From NCBI RefSeq assembly GCF_001462395.1, contig NZ_LNTB01000001.1, forward strand, positions 370,587-394,586: a stretch of DNA of 24,000 nt, in the 5' to 3' direction. Each line of letters begins with the position of its first letter. Within the stretch, counting starts at the first letter, position 1. The stretch is from Pyrodictium occultum. GTDB taxonomy: Archaea; Thermoproteota; Thermoprotei_A; Sulfolobales; Pyrodictiaceae. The position numbers and the translations under genes were made by a program. The notes beneath the pieces are model-generated. The model was given only the letters and a program-made list of their open reading frames with translations. It did no database searches and was not told the DNA's origin. Positions 15,826 to 24,000 of this stretch are shown here, piece after piece.

Positions 15826-16884
15826 CTACTCTCCCCTCACCTGGAGCAGCTCCTCGGGCTTGAGCCTGCGTATATCTATCCCCATCATGCTCTTCTGCTC
15901 GCTGATCATAGCCTGTGCCTCGGCGACTGTCTCAGGGTCGTGCCACATGCTGGTGGCCAGGACTATGGCCTCGGCCCTCTCCCTGGGGTCCTTGCTCTTG
16001 AATATTCCGGAGCCCACGAAGACGCCGTCGGCGCCCAGCCACATCATGAGCGCGGCGTCGGCGGGGGTGGCTATTCCGCCGGCGGCGAAGTTCACTACCG
16101 GGAGGCGGCCGAGCCGGGCGGTGAGGTCTACCAGCTGGTGGGGGACCCCGTACTCGCGGGCCGCCCTGAGCCTCTCCTCCGGGGTCATGCTCCTCAGCTT
16201 CATTATCTCCCCGACTATTATCTTCATGTGCCTCACCGCCTCGGCCACGTTGCCGGTGCCCGCCTCGCCCTTGGTGCGTATCATCGCCGCGCCCTCGGTT
16301 ATCCTGCGGAGCGCCTCGCCGAGGTTGCGGGCGCCGTTGACGAAGGGCACCTTGAAGAGCCACTTGTTGATGTGGTGCTTCTCGTCAACCGGCGTGAGCA
16401 CCTCACTCTCATCTATCATGTCGACGCCTATGCTCTCGAGCACCGCGGCCTCGTAGTAGTGGCCTATACGCACCTTAGCCATCACTGGTATGGTTACCGT
16501 GTCCATCACCTGCTGTATAACCCTTACATCAGCCATTCTCGCTACGCCGCCCTGGCGGCGGATGTCGTAGGGCAGCTTGTCGAGCACCATGACGGAGGCT
16601 GCGCCCGCCTCCTCCGCTATCCCGGCCTGCTCGGTATTGGTGACGTCCATGCAGACGCCGCCCTTCTGGTACACGGGGAACCCGTACTTGACGCGGAGCG
16701 TGCCGCGGGCCGGCACCTCTATGTAGTCGGGGAGCCTCTCGGGCCCATAGTTGAGCCAGAAGCCCTCCTCCCTCAGCTTGTCAGCCGCCTCGGCGAGCCT
16801 GTAGAAGAAGTCCACTATGGTCTCGAAGCCGACCTCGTAGAGGCGGGCCCGCTCCACGACGGGGTGGTAGGGCGGGAGCACCAT
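15826..16884 (-). CDS. pdxS: Pyridoxal 5'-phosphate synthase lyase subunit PdxS (long crenarchaeal form)
   Basis: 352 aa. [76 protein letters not shown]. Confidence 0.96.
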   Translation of the reverse strand: MVLPPYHPVVERARLYEVGFETIVDFFYRLAEAADKLREEGFWLNYGPERLPDYIEVPARGTLRVKYGFPVYQKGGVCMDVTNTEQAGIAEEAGAASVMVLDKLPYDIRRQGGVARMADVRVIQQVMDTVTIPVMAKVRIGHYYEAAVLESIGVDMIDESEVLTPVDEKHHINKWLFKVPFVNGARNLGEALRRITEGAAMIRTKGEAGTGNVAEAVRHMKIIVGEIMKLRSMTPEERLRAAREYGVPHQLVDLTARLGRLPVVNFAAGGIATPADAALMMWLGADGVFVGSGIFKSKDPRERAEAIVLATSMWHDPETVAEAQAMISEQKSMMGIDIRRLKPEELLQVRGE

Positions 16885-17051
16885 AGCTGCCAGCCGAGGG
16901 TTTGCTCCAGGCAGTCGGGGCTGGATAAACTTAAGCCTCCACGCCAGCGTGGCAGAGGCCGTGCATGGCCGCGGGGAGCGGTGTGGCTAGCTTTATCTAG
17001 AAGGGTTCTCCGGATCCGTTTCGGGTTCGGAGAAGGCTGCCTGGGGGCGGT

Positions 17052-17408
17052 GTGCCGGGGATGACGCTGGATACCGTGGATAAGGTGCTTACAGGCCTGA
17101 TAGTGCTTCTTATAATAGGCTATGTAGGGATCAACCTCGTGGCTCCTCTGCCCAGGTTCCTCGTGGGGGAGAACATTGTTCTAGCAGTGGCCTACGCCGC
17201 TGGTCTAGCCTGGCTGCTTAGGGGCTCGCGGGCCACCTACCCCTACCTCGTGGCCCTCGCCGGGTTCAACGCGGGAAGGGTGTCCAGGAGCGTGGTGGAG
17301 CCCACGGGGGCGCCGGGCAGGCTCGCCGCCCAGCACGTGCCGCTCCTCCTAGTAGTGCTGCTCGTGGCTCTTCTAGCGCTCTACCAGGATCTCCGTAAGA
17401 GGCAGTAG
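17052..17408 (+). CDS. Small membrane protein (about 3-4 TM helices), unknown function
   Basis: 118 aa and hydrophobic. There is an alternative ATG at 17061. Confidence 0.5.
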   Translation: MPGMTLDTVDKVLTGLIVLLIIGYVGINLVAPLPRFLVGENIVLAVAYAAGLAWLLRGSRATYPYLVALAGFNAGRVSRSVVEPTGAPGRLAAQHVPLLLVVLLVALLALYQDLRKRQ

Positions 17409-17442
17409 GGGCCGCGCCCCCGGGAGCCCCTGGTGGGAGGGT

Positions 17443-18417
17443 GTGCTCGTAGCCGGCGTGGACGCGGGCGCCACACGCACCAGGGCCCTCGTCTACGACA
17501 CGGGCAGCGGCGGTGTTTGGGCCGGGAGCGCCGGGCCCGGGAACCCGGTGAACGTTGGGGCTGCCTCCGCGGGCGCGGCGGTGAGGGAGGCTGTGGAGGC
17601 CGCGCTCCGGGGCACGGGGCACCGGGCCAGCAGGGTCTCCCTGGTGGTCGCCGGGTTCGCGGGGCTCGACAGCAGGCTGCTGGCGGGGCAGCTAGCCGGG
17701 CTCATAGCCTCTGCGAGCGGCTACGGGGGCAGGCTGGTGGTTGAGCACGACGCCCATATAGCGCTCGTGCACGCCACGGGCGGCGGGCCCGGGGCACTGG
17801 TGATAGCTGGGACGGGGAGCATAGCCTACGCCCTCACCCCCCGGGGCGAGAGGATAATAGTCGGGGACCATGGCTGGCTCCTCGGCGACGAGGGCAGCGG
17901 CTTCTGGGTGGCCAGGGAGGCGCTCCGCACGCTCCTCCGGGCTCTAGACGGCCGCGGGGAGCACAGCTGCCTCACCAGGGTGCTCGCGTCTACCCTGGGC
18001 GTGACCAGTGGGGACGAGCTGGCCTACTGGTTCTACCTCACCCGGGGAAGGGTGGATAAGATAGCCTCGCTCGCGCCACGCGTGGCGGAGGCGGCAGAGG
18101 AGGGCTGCATGGAGGCTCGCAGCATCCTCGAGAGGGGCGCCGTGGAGCTGGCGGAGGCGGCCCGGGTCGCGGCGGAGAAGGCCGGGGCGGAGATCGTATA
18201 CACCACCGGCTCTATGTTCAAGAGTAGGGTGTTCGCCGAAAGGTTCCGGAGGGAGCTCGAGGCCCACGGGATAGGGGTGAGCGGCAAAAGGGTCTACCCA
18301 GTGGTCGGGGCTCTCATGCTGGCGCTGGAGAGGCTTGGCCTGAGGCGGGAGAGGGACGCGGTAGCCGAAGACCCCGTGGTGCTGGAGGCCGCCAGAGGCC
18401 TCTACGAGCAACAGTAG
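17443..18417 (+). CDS. BadF/BadG/BcrA/BcrD-type ATPase (N-acetylglucosamine-kinase-like, ASKHA fold)
   Basis: GTG start preceded by GGTGGGAGG. Motifs VAGVDAGATRTR (phosphate-1), IAGTGSIAY, GDHGWLLGDEGSG. Confidence 0.75.
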   Translation: MLVAGVDAGATRTRALVYDTGSGGVWAGSAGPGNPVNVGAASAGAAVREAVEAALRGTGHRASRVSLVVAGFAGLDSRLLAGQLAGLIASASGYGGRLVVEHDAHIALVHATGGGPGALVIAGTGSIAYALTPRGERIIVGDHGWLLGDEGSGFWVAREALRTLLRALDGRGEHSCLTRVLASTLGVTSGDELAYWFYLTRGRVDKIASLAPRVAEAAEEGCMEARSILERGAVELAEAARVAAEKAGAEIVYTTGSMFKSRVFAERFRRELEAHGIGVSGKRVYPVVGALMLALERLGLRRERDAVAEDPVVLEAARGLYEQQ

Positions 18418-18588
18418 GAGGGCAGATAGCCGCGCGGGCCCAGCTCCGCCCCGGGGAGAGGTGCTCAGGAACGGCTGCACTGGTCATAAGCTTCTGGGGA
18501 AAGGCTGCGCGGGCAAGACAGCCAAGGCTGGCAAGAATACTCAAAGAGGGGGCTGCATTGAGGCCTGCTGAGGAGGGAGGGGGAAAGG

Positions 18589-19283
18589 CTAGCGGCCCTT
18601 GAACCTCGGCTTCCTCTTCTCCAGGAATGCCGTCACACCCTCTACTACGTCCTCTGTGCTGAAGAGTAGGCCGAAGAGGCTGCTCTCCAGCGCCATGCCG
18701 GCCCATATGCTGGTCTCCATGCCTATTTGAACCGCGTACTTGGCCGTCATGAGCGCCAGCGGCGGCTTTTCCGCGAGCTTCAGTGCAAGCTGGCGGGCCT
18801 CATGCTCCAGCTTCTCGGGGGCACAACCCGGTCGACCAGCCCCATCCTGGCGGCCTCGCCGGCGGGCACCATGTCGCCGGTGTAGATCAGCTCCTTGGTG
18901 CGGCTCCTGCCTATCAGCCTGGGGAGCCGCTGGGTGCCGCCGGCGCCGGGTATGAATCCCAGGTTTATCTCGGGCTGGCCGAGCATAGCTGTCTCGCTGG
19001 CTATCCTGAAGTCGGCTGCCATGGCGAGTTCTAGGCCGCCGCCCAGGGTGTAGCCGTTTAGCGCTGCTATGATGGGCTTCGTATAGTACTCTATCTTGAA
19101 GAGGACCTCCTGGAACTTCCTAGAGTACATCATAGCCTTGACCGGCGAGATGCCCGCGAACGCCGTGATGTCAGCCCCTGCGCTGAAGGCGCGGCCGCTG
19201 CCAGTCAATACGACCACCCTTACCCTGTCATCCTCCTCCAGCTCGTCCAGCGCCTCGCTCAGCTCCCGCAGCATCTCGGGGAG
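18589..19283 (-). pseudogene. Enoyl-CoA hydratase/isomerase (crotonase) remnant: N-terminally truncated and frameshifted
   Basis: EMLRELSEALDELEEDDRVRVVVLTGSGRAFSAGADI...LGGGLELAMAADFRIA...GQPEINLGFIPGAGGTQRLPRLIG...MGLVDRVVP. After the G5 run at 18817-18821 the sequence continues only in another frame: EKLEHEARQLALKLAEKPPLALMTAKYAV...DVVEGVTAFLEKRKPRFKGR, with its stop at 18589-18591. The ~25-30 N-terminal residues normally preceding the EMLREL helix are absent. Confidence 0.8.
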
Positions 19284-20312
19284 AGGGGCTTGCCCGTCGC
19301 CACCGCGGGGCAGGCGTTGTGGCAGCGGGCGCACTGAGTGCAGGCGTCGTAGTCCATCCTCTGCTTCCAGGTAGTGTCGGACAGCTTCACCACGCCTATG
19401 GTGCCGCCCTCCTCGACCCTCTTCTCCGCGTCCGGGACCGGCCTAAACGCGGCGGGATGGTCGAGCCTGGAGTAGAGGGTGTTGAAAAGCCCGCTCACCA
19501 CTATATGGGCCAGCTTGGTCCCCGGCAGGGCGGCTAGCATTAGAGCCGTTAGGGCCAGGTGCACCACTCTGGTCAGCGTGTAGAGCTCCAGGAAGCCGCC
19601 GGGTGCCAGGCGCTCCAGCAGCGGGGCCAGCAGGCGCCCGGAGAAGTCCCACCAGGGTATACCCTGGCGCATATGCGCAACCGCCGTCCCGGCATCGAGA
19701 ACCATGCCGGTAACCACTATGAGCGCAAGCCAGAGAAGCACCAGATGGTCCTCGAGGCCCGTGGGCAGCCCCGGGGTTAGGCCTAGCAGACGGCGCAGCC
19801 AGGCAGCAACCACACCGGCTCAGGAGCAGGACGCCGCCGAGATTCACTAGCACCCTGAACACTGTGAATACCGGGCCGCTGGGGTACCGGGTCCCAGGCG
19901 GGCCGGCGAGATAGACCAGACCGGCCAGGAGCAGGAGGACGCCGCCCAAGTATATCAGCAGGTGTATCCCGCCACCCAGGGGCTGCCGGAGCACGCGCGA
20001 CTGGAGCAGCCCCACGGCAGCCAGCCTGCGCAGCCTCTCCCCGAGACGGTCCCAGGGGAGCCGCTGCCCGCCGCGAGTCCACCGGGCTAGGTAACAGTAG
20101 AGCCCGTAGAGGAAAACCAGTAGGCTGCCCAGGACTACAATGCCGCGGAAAAGGTTGTACTCAGTTCCCTGCACCACCGGGTAGCGGAAGGGCCCGCCGG
20201 GGGTAACGTGGCAGGCCAGGCACCGGCCGCGCACCTCCCCCACAGTGGCTGCGGCAGCACCGAGGGGCCAAGACGCCAGGAGGGCCAGGGCTGGCAGCAG
20301 CCCATGCCGCAC
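19259..20312 (-). pseudogene. Membrane-bound Fe-S oxidoreductase remnant (NarI/DsrM-like TM domain fused to an HdrD/DsrK-like domain): frameshifted and C-terminally truncated
   Basis: It has a signal-like N-terminus, CLACH (20208-20222) and multiple TM helices. A frame switch at about 19820-19823 joins ...VLVNLGGVLLL to AGVVAAWLRRLLGL... The sequence then reads DYDACTQCARCHNACPAVATGKPLSPR and runs directly into crotonase-coding sequence. The second cluster motif and the CCG domains are missing. Confidence 0.65.
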
Positions 20313-20487
20313 AAAGGTGCACCGGGTACAAGAGAGCCTTCAGGGCAGAGGCGGCGTTAAAAACACAACATGGCGTTCTCAGCCCCGGGGGAGGCGCCTG
20401 GCACGCACCAGGGTGATAGGGCCTCCCTAGAGCCCGGCGGAGCGCAGGCCGCCAGAGGCCGCGGGAGGATCCATTGTTCCGAGGGTG

Positions 20488-20575
20488 TGGCGCCGGGGGC
20501 GGGATTTGAACCCGCGCGGCCTGCGCGGCCACCGGCTCTCAAGGCCGGCCCCTTAGACCGCTCGGGCACCCCGGC
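20488..20575 (-). tRNA. tRNA-Ser (anticodon UGA), class II with long variable arm, CCA encoded, no intron
   Basis: Minus strand: GCCGGGG-TG-CCC-GAGCGGTCTAA-GGG-G-CCGGC-CTTGAGA-GCCGG-TGGCCGCGCAGGCCGC-GCGGG-TTCAAAT-CCCGC-CCCCGGC-G-CCA. It has a perfect 7-bp acceptor stem, 5-bp anticodon and T stems, and a GGCC/GGCC variable-arm stem. Confidence 0.9.
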
Positions 20576-20706
20576 GCCCAGGATGTGTATGAGCCCCTGT
20601 GCCCATGTAGAAGGGTCGGGAAGGCCCGGGGCTATTATTGGGTTAGCCCTGCGGGCTGAGGGGAGGAAACCCTGGGTCTGGAGGACCGGCTTGGAGGGGA
20701 AACAAC

Positions 20707-21015
20707 CTAGCGGAGGCGTATCTCGATATAGACGTCCTCGGGGACGCGAACCCTCATTATCTGCCTCATAACCTTCTCATCCGCATCGAGTATCACTAGG
20801 CGCTTATGTATACGCAGCTCCCACTTGTCCCACTTCTTGGAGCCCTCGCCATGGGGCAGCCGGAGGGTCGGGACTATCAGCCTCTTCGTAGGCAGCGGTA
20901 TAGGGCCGCGGATGCGGACCCCCGACTTCTGCGCAATCTTCTTGATCTGGTCTGTAACCATGTTTAGGTTCTCCACGTTAGTGCTCCAGAGCTTTATCTC
21001 GGCACGCTGCACCAT
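20707..21015 (-). CDS. rps10: 30S ribosomal protein S10 (uS10)
   Basis: 102 aa. [14 protein letters not shown]...[12 protein letters not shown]...HKRLVIL. Confidence 0.96.
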   Translation of the reverse strand: MVQRAEIKLWSTNVENLNMVTDQIKKIAQKSGVRIRGPIPLPTKRLIVPTLRLPHGEGSKKWDKWELRIHKRLVILDADEKVMRQIMRVRVPEDVYIEIRLR

Positions 21016-21054
21016 AGCCTAGTGCCCCCTGGAGCTAGGCCTCGCTCTACACCG

Positions 21055-21062
21055 GTTTAAAG
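21055..21062 (-). promoter_or_regulatory. Candidate TATA box (CTTTAAAC) for rps10
   Basis: About 43 nt upstream of the ATG at 21015. The identical octamer lies upstream of the aminotransferase pseudogene (7778-7785). Confidence 0.4.
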
Positions 21063-21180
21063 GGCTTACACGCCGGGGGCCGCCGGAGGGCAGGCCATAC
21101 CCGCTAAGAGGACCAGCCAAGGGAGGCAAGGACAAGAGAGGACGCGTGGGCGGAGAGGGTTGCTGGGCTGTAGGAGGGGC

Positions 21181-21190
21181 TTAAAAACAT
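21181..21190 (-). terminator. Oligo-T tract downstream of tuf
   Basis: The minus strand reads ATGTTTTTAA, starting 10 nt after the tuf stop. T-runs are the usual archaeal termination signal. Confidence 0.4.
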
Positions 21191-21199
21191 GGCAGCTCC

Positions 21200-22519
21200 T
21201 TACTTCTTCTTTATCTCCACCTTGGCCGGCTTGACGTCGATCACTACGCCTATGCCGACAGTCTTACCCATATCCCTCATAGCGAAGCGGCCGAGCTGCG
21301 GGAATTCGCTGTACTTCTCAATCACCATAGGCTTGATAGGCTTGAACTTCACTATGGCGGCATCGCCCATCTTTAGGAACTGCGGGTTCTTCTCAACCAC
21401 CTGGCCGGTCCTCGGGTCGAGCTTAGCCTGTATCTCCACTATCCTAGCAGCCACGCTGGCGGTGTGAGCATGTATCACCGGGCTGTAGCCGACGGTGATG
21501 GCGCTGGGATGCCATATCACGAATATCCTGGCGGTGAACTCCTCGGCGACGGTGGGCGGGTTGTCGGGGTGGCCCGCAACGTCGCCGCGCCTTATATCCT
21601 TCTTGGAGACGCCACGGACGTTGAAGCCTATGTTGTCGCCGGGCTCAGCCTGCTGTATGGGCTGGTGGTGCATCTCTATGCTGCGGACCTCGCCGACTAC
21701 ACCAGGCGGCATGAAGACTACCTTGTCGCCGACCTTCAGTACGCCGGTCTCGACGCGGCCGACAGGCACTGTGCCGACGCCAGGTATGGTGTAGACGTTC
21801 TGTATGGGTATCCTCAGGGGCTTGTCAATGGGCTTCTTGGGGGGCTGTATGTAGTTGTCGAGGGCCTCCACCAGGGTGGGGCCGTTGTACCAGGGCATGT
21901 TGGGACTGCGCTCTATCAGGTTCTCGCCGGTCCAGGCTGATACCGGTATGAAGGGTATCTGGTCCACCTTGTAGCCGAGGCCCTTCATGAACTTCTTGAG
22001 GACTGCTACTATCTGCTCGTACCTCTCCTTGCTGTAGTTTACATCGGGGGCATCCATCTTGTTAACGGCCACTATTATCTGGTCAATACCCATAGTCTTG
22101 GCGAGTATTAGGTGCTCGCGGGTCTGACCCTCAGCGCTCATACCGGCCTCGAACTCACCCTTCCTGGCAGACACGACTAGGATGGCGGCGTCGGCCTGGC
22201 TAGCACCAGTGATCATGTTCTTGATGAAGTCTCTGTGGCCAGGAGCATCAATGATGGTGAAGTAGTACTTCTTTGTCTCGAACTTCACGAAGCTGAGGTC
22301 TATAGTTACACCGCGCTCACGCTCCTCCTTGAGCCTGTCCATAAGCCAGGCAAACTTGAACGACTCCTTACCCTTCTTCTTAGCCTCCTCCTCCAGGGTC
22401 CTGAGGGTCTTCTCGTCGACGAAGCCTAGACGGAATAGCAGGTGGCCTACCAGGGTGCTCTTACCGTGGTCTACGTGGCCGATTACTACCAGGTTTATGT
22501 GGGGCTTCTGCTGGCTCAT
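21200..22519 (-). CDS. tuf: Translation elongation factor EF-1alpha
   Basis: 439 aa. [24 protein letters not shown], plus the crenarchaeal/eukaryotic-type insertion [11 protein letters not shown] (22127-22159). Confidence 0.98.
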   Translation of the reverse strand: MSQQKPHINLVVIGHVDHGKSTLVGHLLFRLGFVDEKTLRTLEEEAKKKGKESFKFAWLMDRLKEERERGVTIDLSFVKFETKKYYFTIIDAPGHRDFIKNMITGASQADAAILVVSARKGEFEAGMSAEGQTREHLILAKTMGIDQIIVAVNKMDAPDVNYSKERYEQIVAVLKKFMKGLGYKVDQIPFIPVSAWTGENLIERSPNMPWYNGPTLVEALDNYIQPPKKPIDKPLRIPIQNVYTIPGVGTVPVGRVETGVLKVGDKVVFMPPGVVGEVRSIEMHHQPIQQAEPGDNIGFNVRGVSKKDIRRGDVAGHPDNPPTVAEEFTARIFVIWHPSAITVGYSPVIHAHTASVAARIVEIQAKLDPRTGQVVEKNPQFLKMGDAAIVKFKPIKPMVIEKYSEFPQLGRFAMRDMGKTVGIGVVIDVKPAKVEIKKK

Positions 22520-22577
22520 GGCCCTTCCCCCAGCACCTTCTCCTTTTCTTGCCGAGGGGCAGCTTCCGGGAAACGCT

Positions 22578-22585
22578 CTTATAAA
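22578..22585 (-). promoter_or_regulatory. Candidate TATA box (TTTATAAG) for tuf
   Basis: Strongest A/T element in the 104-nt rps7-tuf spacer, about 60 nt upstream of the ATG at 22519. Confidence 0.5.
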
Positions 22586-22623
22586 GGTTTAGTGAAGAAT
22601 GCTTAGTGGAGTACTCCGAGATG

Positions 22624-23235
22624 CTACCTGGAGCTTAGCGCTATCCTCTCAATCTCCTCCTTCCTGCGTATGGCGTAGCTCTTGGGGTCGTTGTTGGCTG
22701 CCGCTATTATCTCGTCGGCTAGGCATTCCTCTATAGGCTTGGGGTTGTTGAAGGCGCAAGACCTGGCTCCCTCGGTTAGGTGCTTCAATGCCACGTCCAC
22801 ACGGTGCTGGGGCGCCACGTCGACCGCTACGAAGTAGGTTATACCACCGTACATTATTCTTGTCACGTCCTCGCGGGGCGCCGAGTTCTCTATAGCGCGT
22901 ACGAGTACCTGGATGGGGTTCTCGCCGGTGCGGAGGTATATGATCTCGAAGGCCTGCTTCACTATGTTGTAGGCTAGGTGCTTCTTACCCATATTGCGGC
23001 CGGGGCGCATTAGCTTGTTGATTAGCCTCTCAACTATAGGTACCTCGGACTTGCCGAAGCGGCGGTATTCGTGCCTGCCACCGGTATGCGGTAGCCAGAC
23101 AGGCTTCAGGCTTATATAGCGTTTGAGCCCTGGGTCCCTAATCTCTATGCCCTCGAAGCCCCACTTCCCGAACAGCTTGATCCTGGCAGGATCCATGCCA
23201 GCCTTGAAAGACTTTTCCTGCTCGGCTACAGCCAC
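22624..23235 (-). CDS. rps7: 30S ribosomal protein S7 (uS7)
   Basis: 203 aa, GTG start (alternative ATG at 23196). IKLFGKW...RDPGLKRYI...[17 protein letters not shown]...[12 protein letters not shown]. Confidence 0.96.
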   Translation of the reverse strand: MAVAEQEKSFKAGMDPARIKLFGKWGFEGIEIRDPGLKRYISLKPVWLPHTGGRHEYRRFGKSEVPIVERLINKLMRPGRNMGKKHLAYNIVKQAFEIIYLRTGENPIQVLVRAIENSAPREDVTRIMYGGITYFVAVDVAPQHRVDVALKHLTEGARSCAFNNPKPIEECLADEIIAAANNDPKSYAIRRKEEIERIALSSR

Positions 23236-23275
23236 AGCACCACCCGTGTAGAGGGCAGCCCAGCCGGCCCCCGGG

Positions 23276-23283
23276 TAAATTTA
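23276..23283 (-). promoter_or_regulatory. Candidate TATA box (TAAATTTA) for rps7
   Basis: 41-48 nt upstream of the GTG at 23235, and the only A/T-rich island nearby. Confidence 0.4.
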
Positions 23284-23405
23284 GGCTTGCAGCACACCGT
23301 CCTCTAGAGGGGGAGCATGCCCCAATGGCCTCTAGACCCGGGCACCGTGTAGAAGAGTAATAGAGCCTTGAAGCCCTGCACCAGGAGTCTCGGGGTTGAG
23401 CCGGA

Positions 23406-23906
23406 ATGCCCCCACCCCGCTCCAGCGACGTCCTCCTCGAGGCCCGCAGCGTAACCGCCATGGTTATGCCGAACCCGCCACACATACCAGTAATAGTGCT
23501 GGAGCTCGAGGATGGCAGAGAGTTCACGCTCTACAACGTGCCCTTCGAGATAGTGCAGGCGCTCAACAGGCTGGAGGAGAACAGCGCTCCAATGCAGGAG
23601 AGAAGAGAGACAGTCTTCGACGTCCTCGCCGACCTCCGCTCGCTGATAGAGGAGCTGGGAAGACACCTCGAACAAGTGGTTATAGACGAGATAGACTACA
23701 GCACCTTCCTCTACACGGCCAAGGCCAGCTTCAACCTAGGAGGCCTCTACATGATACGGAGAATGGTGCCCAGTCACGCGATCTTCCTGGCAAGGCTATT
23801 CAAGAAACCCATCTACGTATCCAAGAGGCTCGTAGACGAGCAGGAGATGTATGAGAGGTCATCTAGCGAGGAAGGGGGAGAGGAGGACGAGGATGTAGAG
23901 CCTTAG
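23406..23906 (+). CDS. Bifunctional-nuclease-domain (DUF151/BFN, COG1259-like) protein with acidic C-terminal tail
   Basis: The pattern IPVIVLELEDGREFTLY...FEIVQAL...RRETVFDVLADL...LEQVVIDEIDYSTFLYTAKASF...MVPSHAIFLARLFKKPIYVSKRLV parallels the DUF151 layout as I recall it (PVVxL..LPIWIG..A.AI...RPLTHDL...V.I....tFYA.l...D.RPSDAIALA.R...PI.V). This is from memory, not from an alignment. The start is uncertain, with internal Met codons near 23460. Confidence 0.65.
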   Translation: MPPPRSSDVLLEARSVTAMVMPNPPHIPVIVLELEDGREFTLYNVPFEIVQALNRLEENSAPMQERRETVFDVLADLRSLIEELGRHLEQVVIDEIDYSTFLYTAKASFNLGGLYMIRRMVPSHAIFLARLFKKPIYVSKRLVDEQEMYERSSSEEGGEEDEDVEP

Positions 23907-24000
23907 ACCCTCGAGGACCCTGCCCTCGGTTTCTTCCCAGCCGGGGAGTAAGCCCTCAGGGCGTAGCCTAAAACGCCGCTGAATGCAGTGAGGCTGAGGC

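Noticed and set aside
15775-17064. 429-aa plus-strand ORF
   Set aside because: It is antisense to pdxS, whose identity is unambiguous. The sequence has no motifs, and its length is an artefact of GC-rich codon usage.
18418-20487. Possible integrated element or genomic island next to tRNA-Ser
   Set aside because: The gene decay sits beside a tRNA 3' end. However, I found no integrase or transposase remnant and no duplicated tRNA 3' segment (att-like repeat) anywhere in the window. The remnants are ordinary metabolic genes.
23236-23405. Absence of rps12 upstream of rps7 as a rearrangement
   Set aside because: I cannot recall with certainty that rps12-rps7 linkage is universal in this lineage. 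It is mentioned only in passing, not as a separate claim.
23903-24000. Possible 3' end of a minus-strand CDS (...LSLTAFSGVLGYALRAYSPAGKKPRAGSSRV*) overlapping the nuclease-gene stop
   Set aside because: Only about 32 codons are visible, with no motif. That is not enough to support a call.
1-24000. CRISPR arrays, rRNA genes, IS elements, toxin-antitoxin or other defence modules
   Set aside because: By eye I saw no regularly spaced direct repeats, rRNA-like segments, transposase/integrase motifs or small paired ORFs typical of such systems. A computational repeat search would be needed for certainty.

Overview
GC-rich chromosomal window that looks like a hyperthermophilic crenarchaeon. Evidence: EF-1alpha carries the 11-aa [11 protein letters not shown] insertion, the tuf-rps10-tRNA-Ser order is conserved, PdxS is the long crenarchaeal type, and short A/T-rich TATA boxes sit 20-60 nt upstream of starts. 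The species cannot be named from sequence alone.

Left half, a respiratory uptake [NiFe]-hydrogenase locus:
- hynS-isp1-isp2 lie on the minus strand. isp2 runs off the left edge and is missing from the ORF track. The large subunit is presumably beyond position 1.
- A divergent accessory unit follows: an interrupted or overlapping hypothetical ORF pair plus the maturation endopeptidase.
- Next come a protein with an unknown N-terminal domain fused to hemerythrin, and a class V aminotransferase pseudogene with five frameshifts.
- The hypD-hypC-hypE-hypF operon is present without hypA/hypB.

Middle: an MBL-fold hydrolase, a LysE-like membrane protein, pdxS/pdxT, a small membrane protein and a BadF-type ATPase.

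Right:
- A decayed locus in which a frameshifted membrane Fe-S oxidoreductase (a fused Isp1/Isp2-like architecture with a CxxCH motif) is joined to an N-truncated, frameshifted enoyl-CoA hydratase.
- Then tRNA-Ser(UGA), rps10, tuf, rps7 and a divergent DUF151/BFN-type nuclease gene.

I found no rRNA, CRISPR array, transposase or integrase. The most interesting material is the hydrogenase locus: the Isp architecture, an atypical proximal-cluster motif in HynS, and uncharacterised accessory genes. The second point of interest is that all frame disruptions fall in four loci (three accessory-metabolism genes and one hydrogenase-cluster hypothetical). All functional calls rest on motifs read by eye; no database search was possible.
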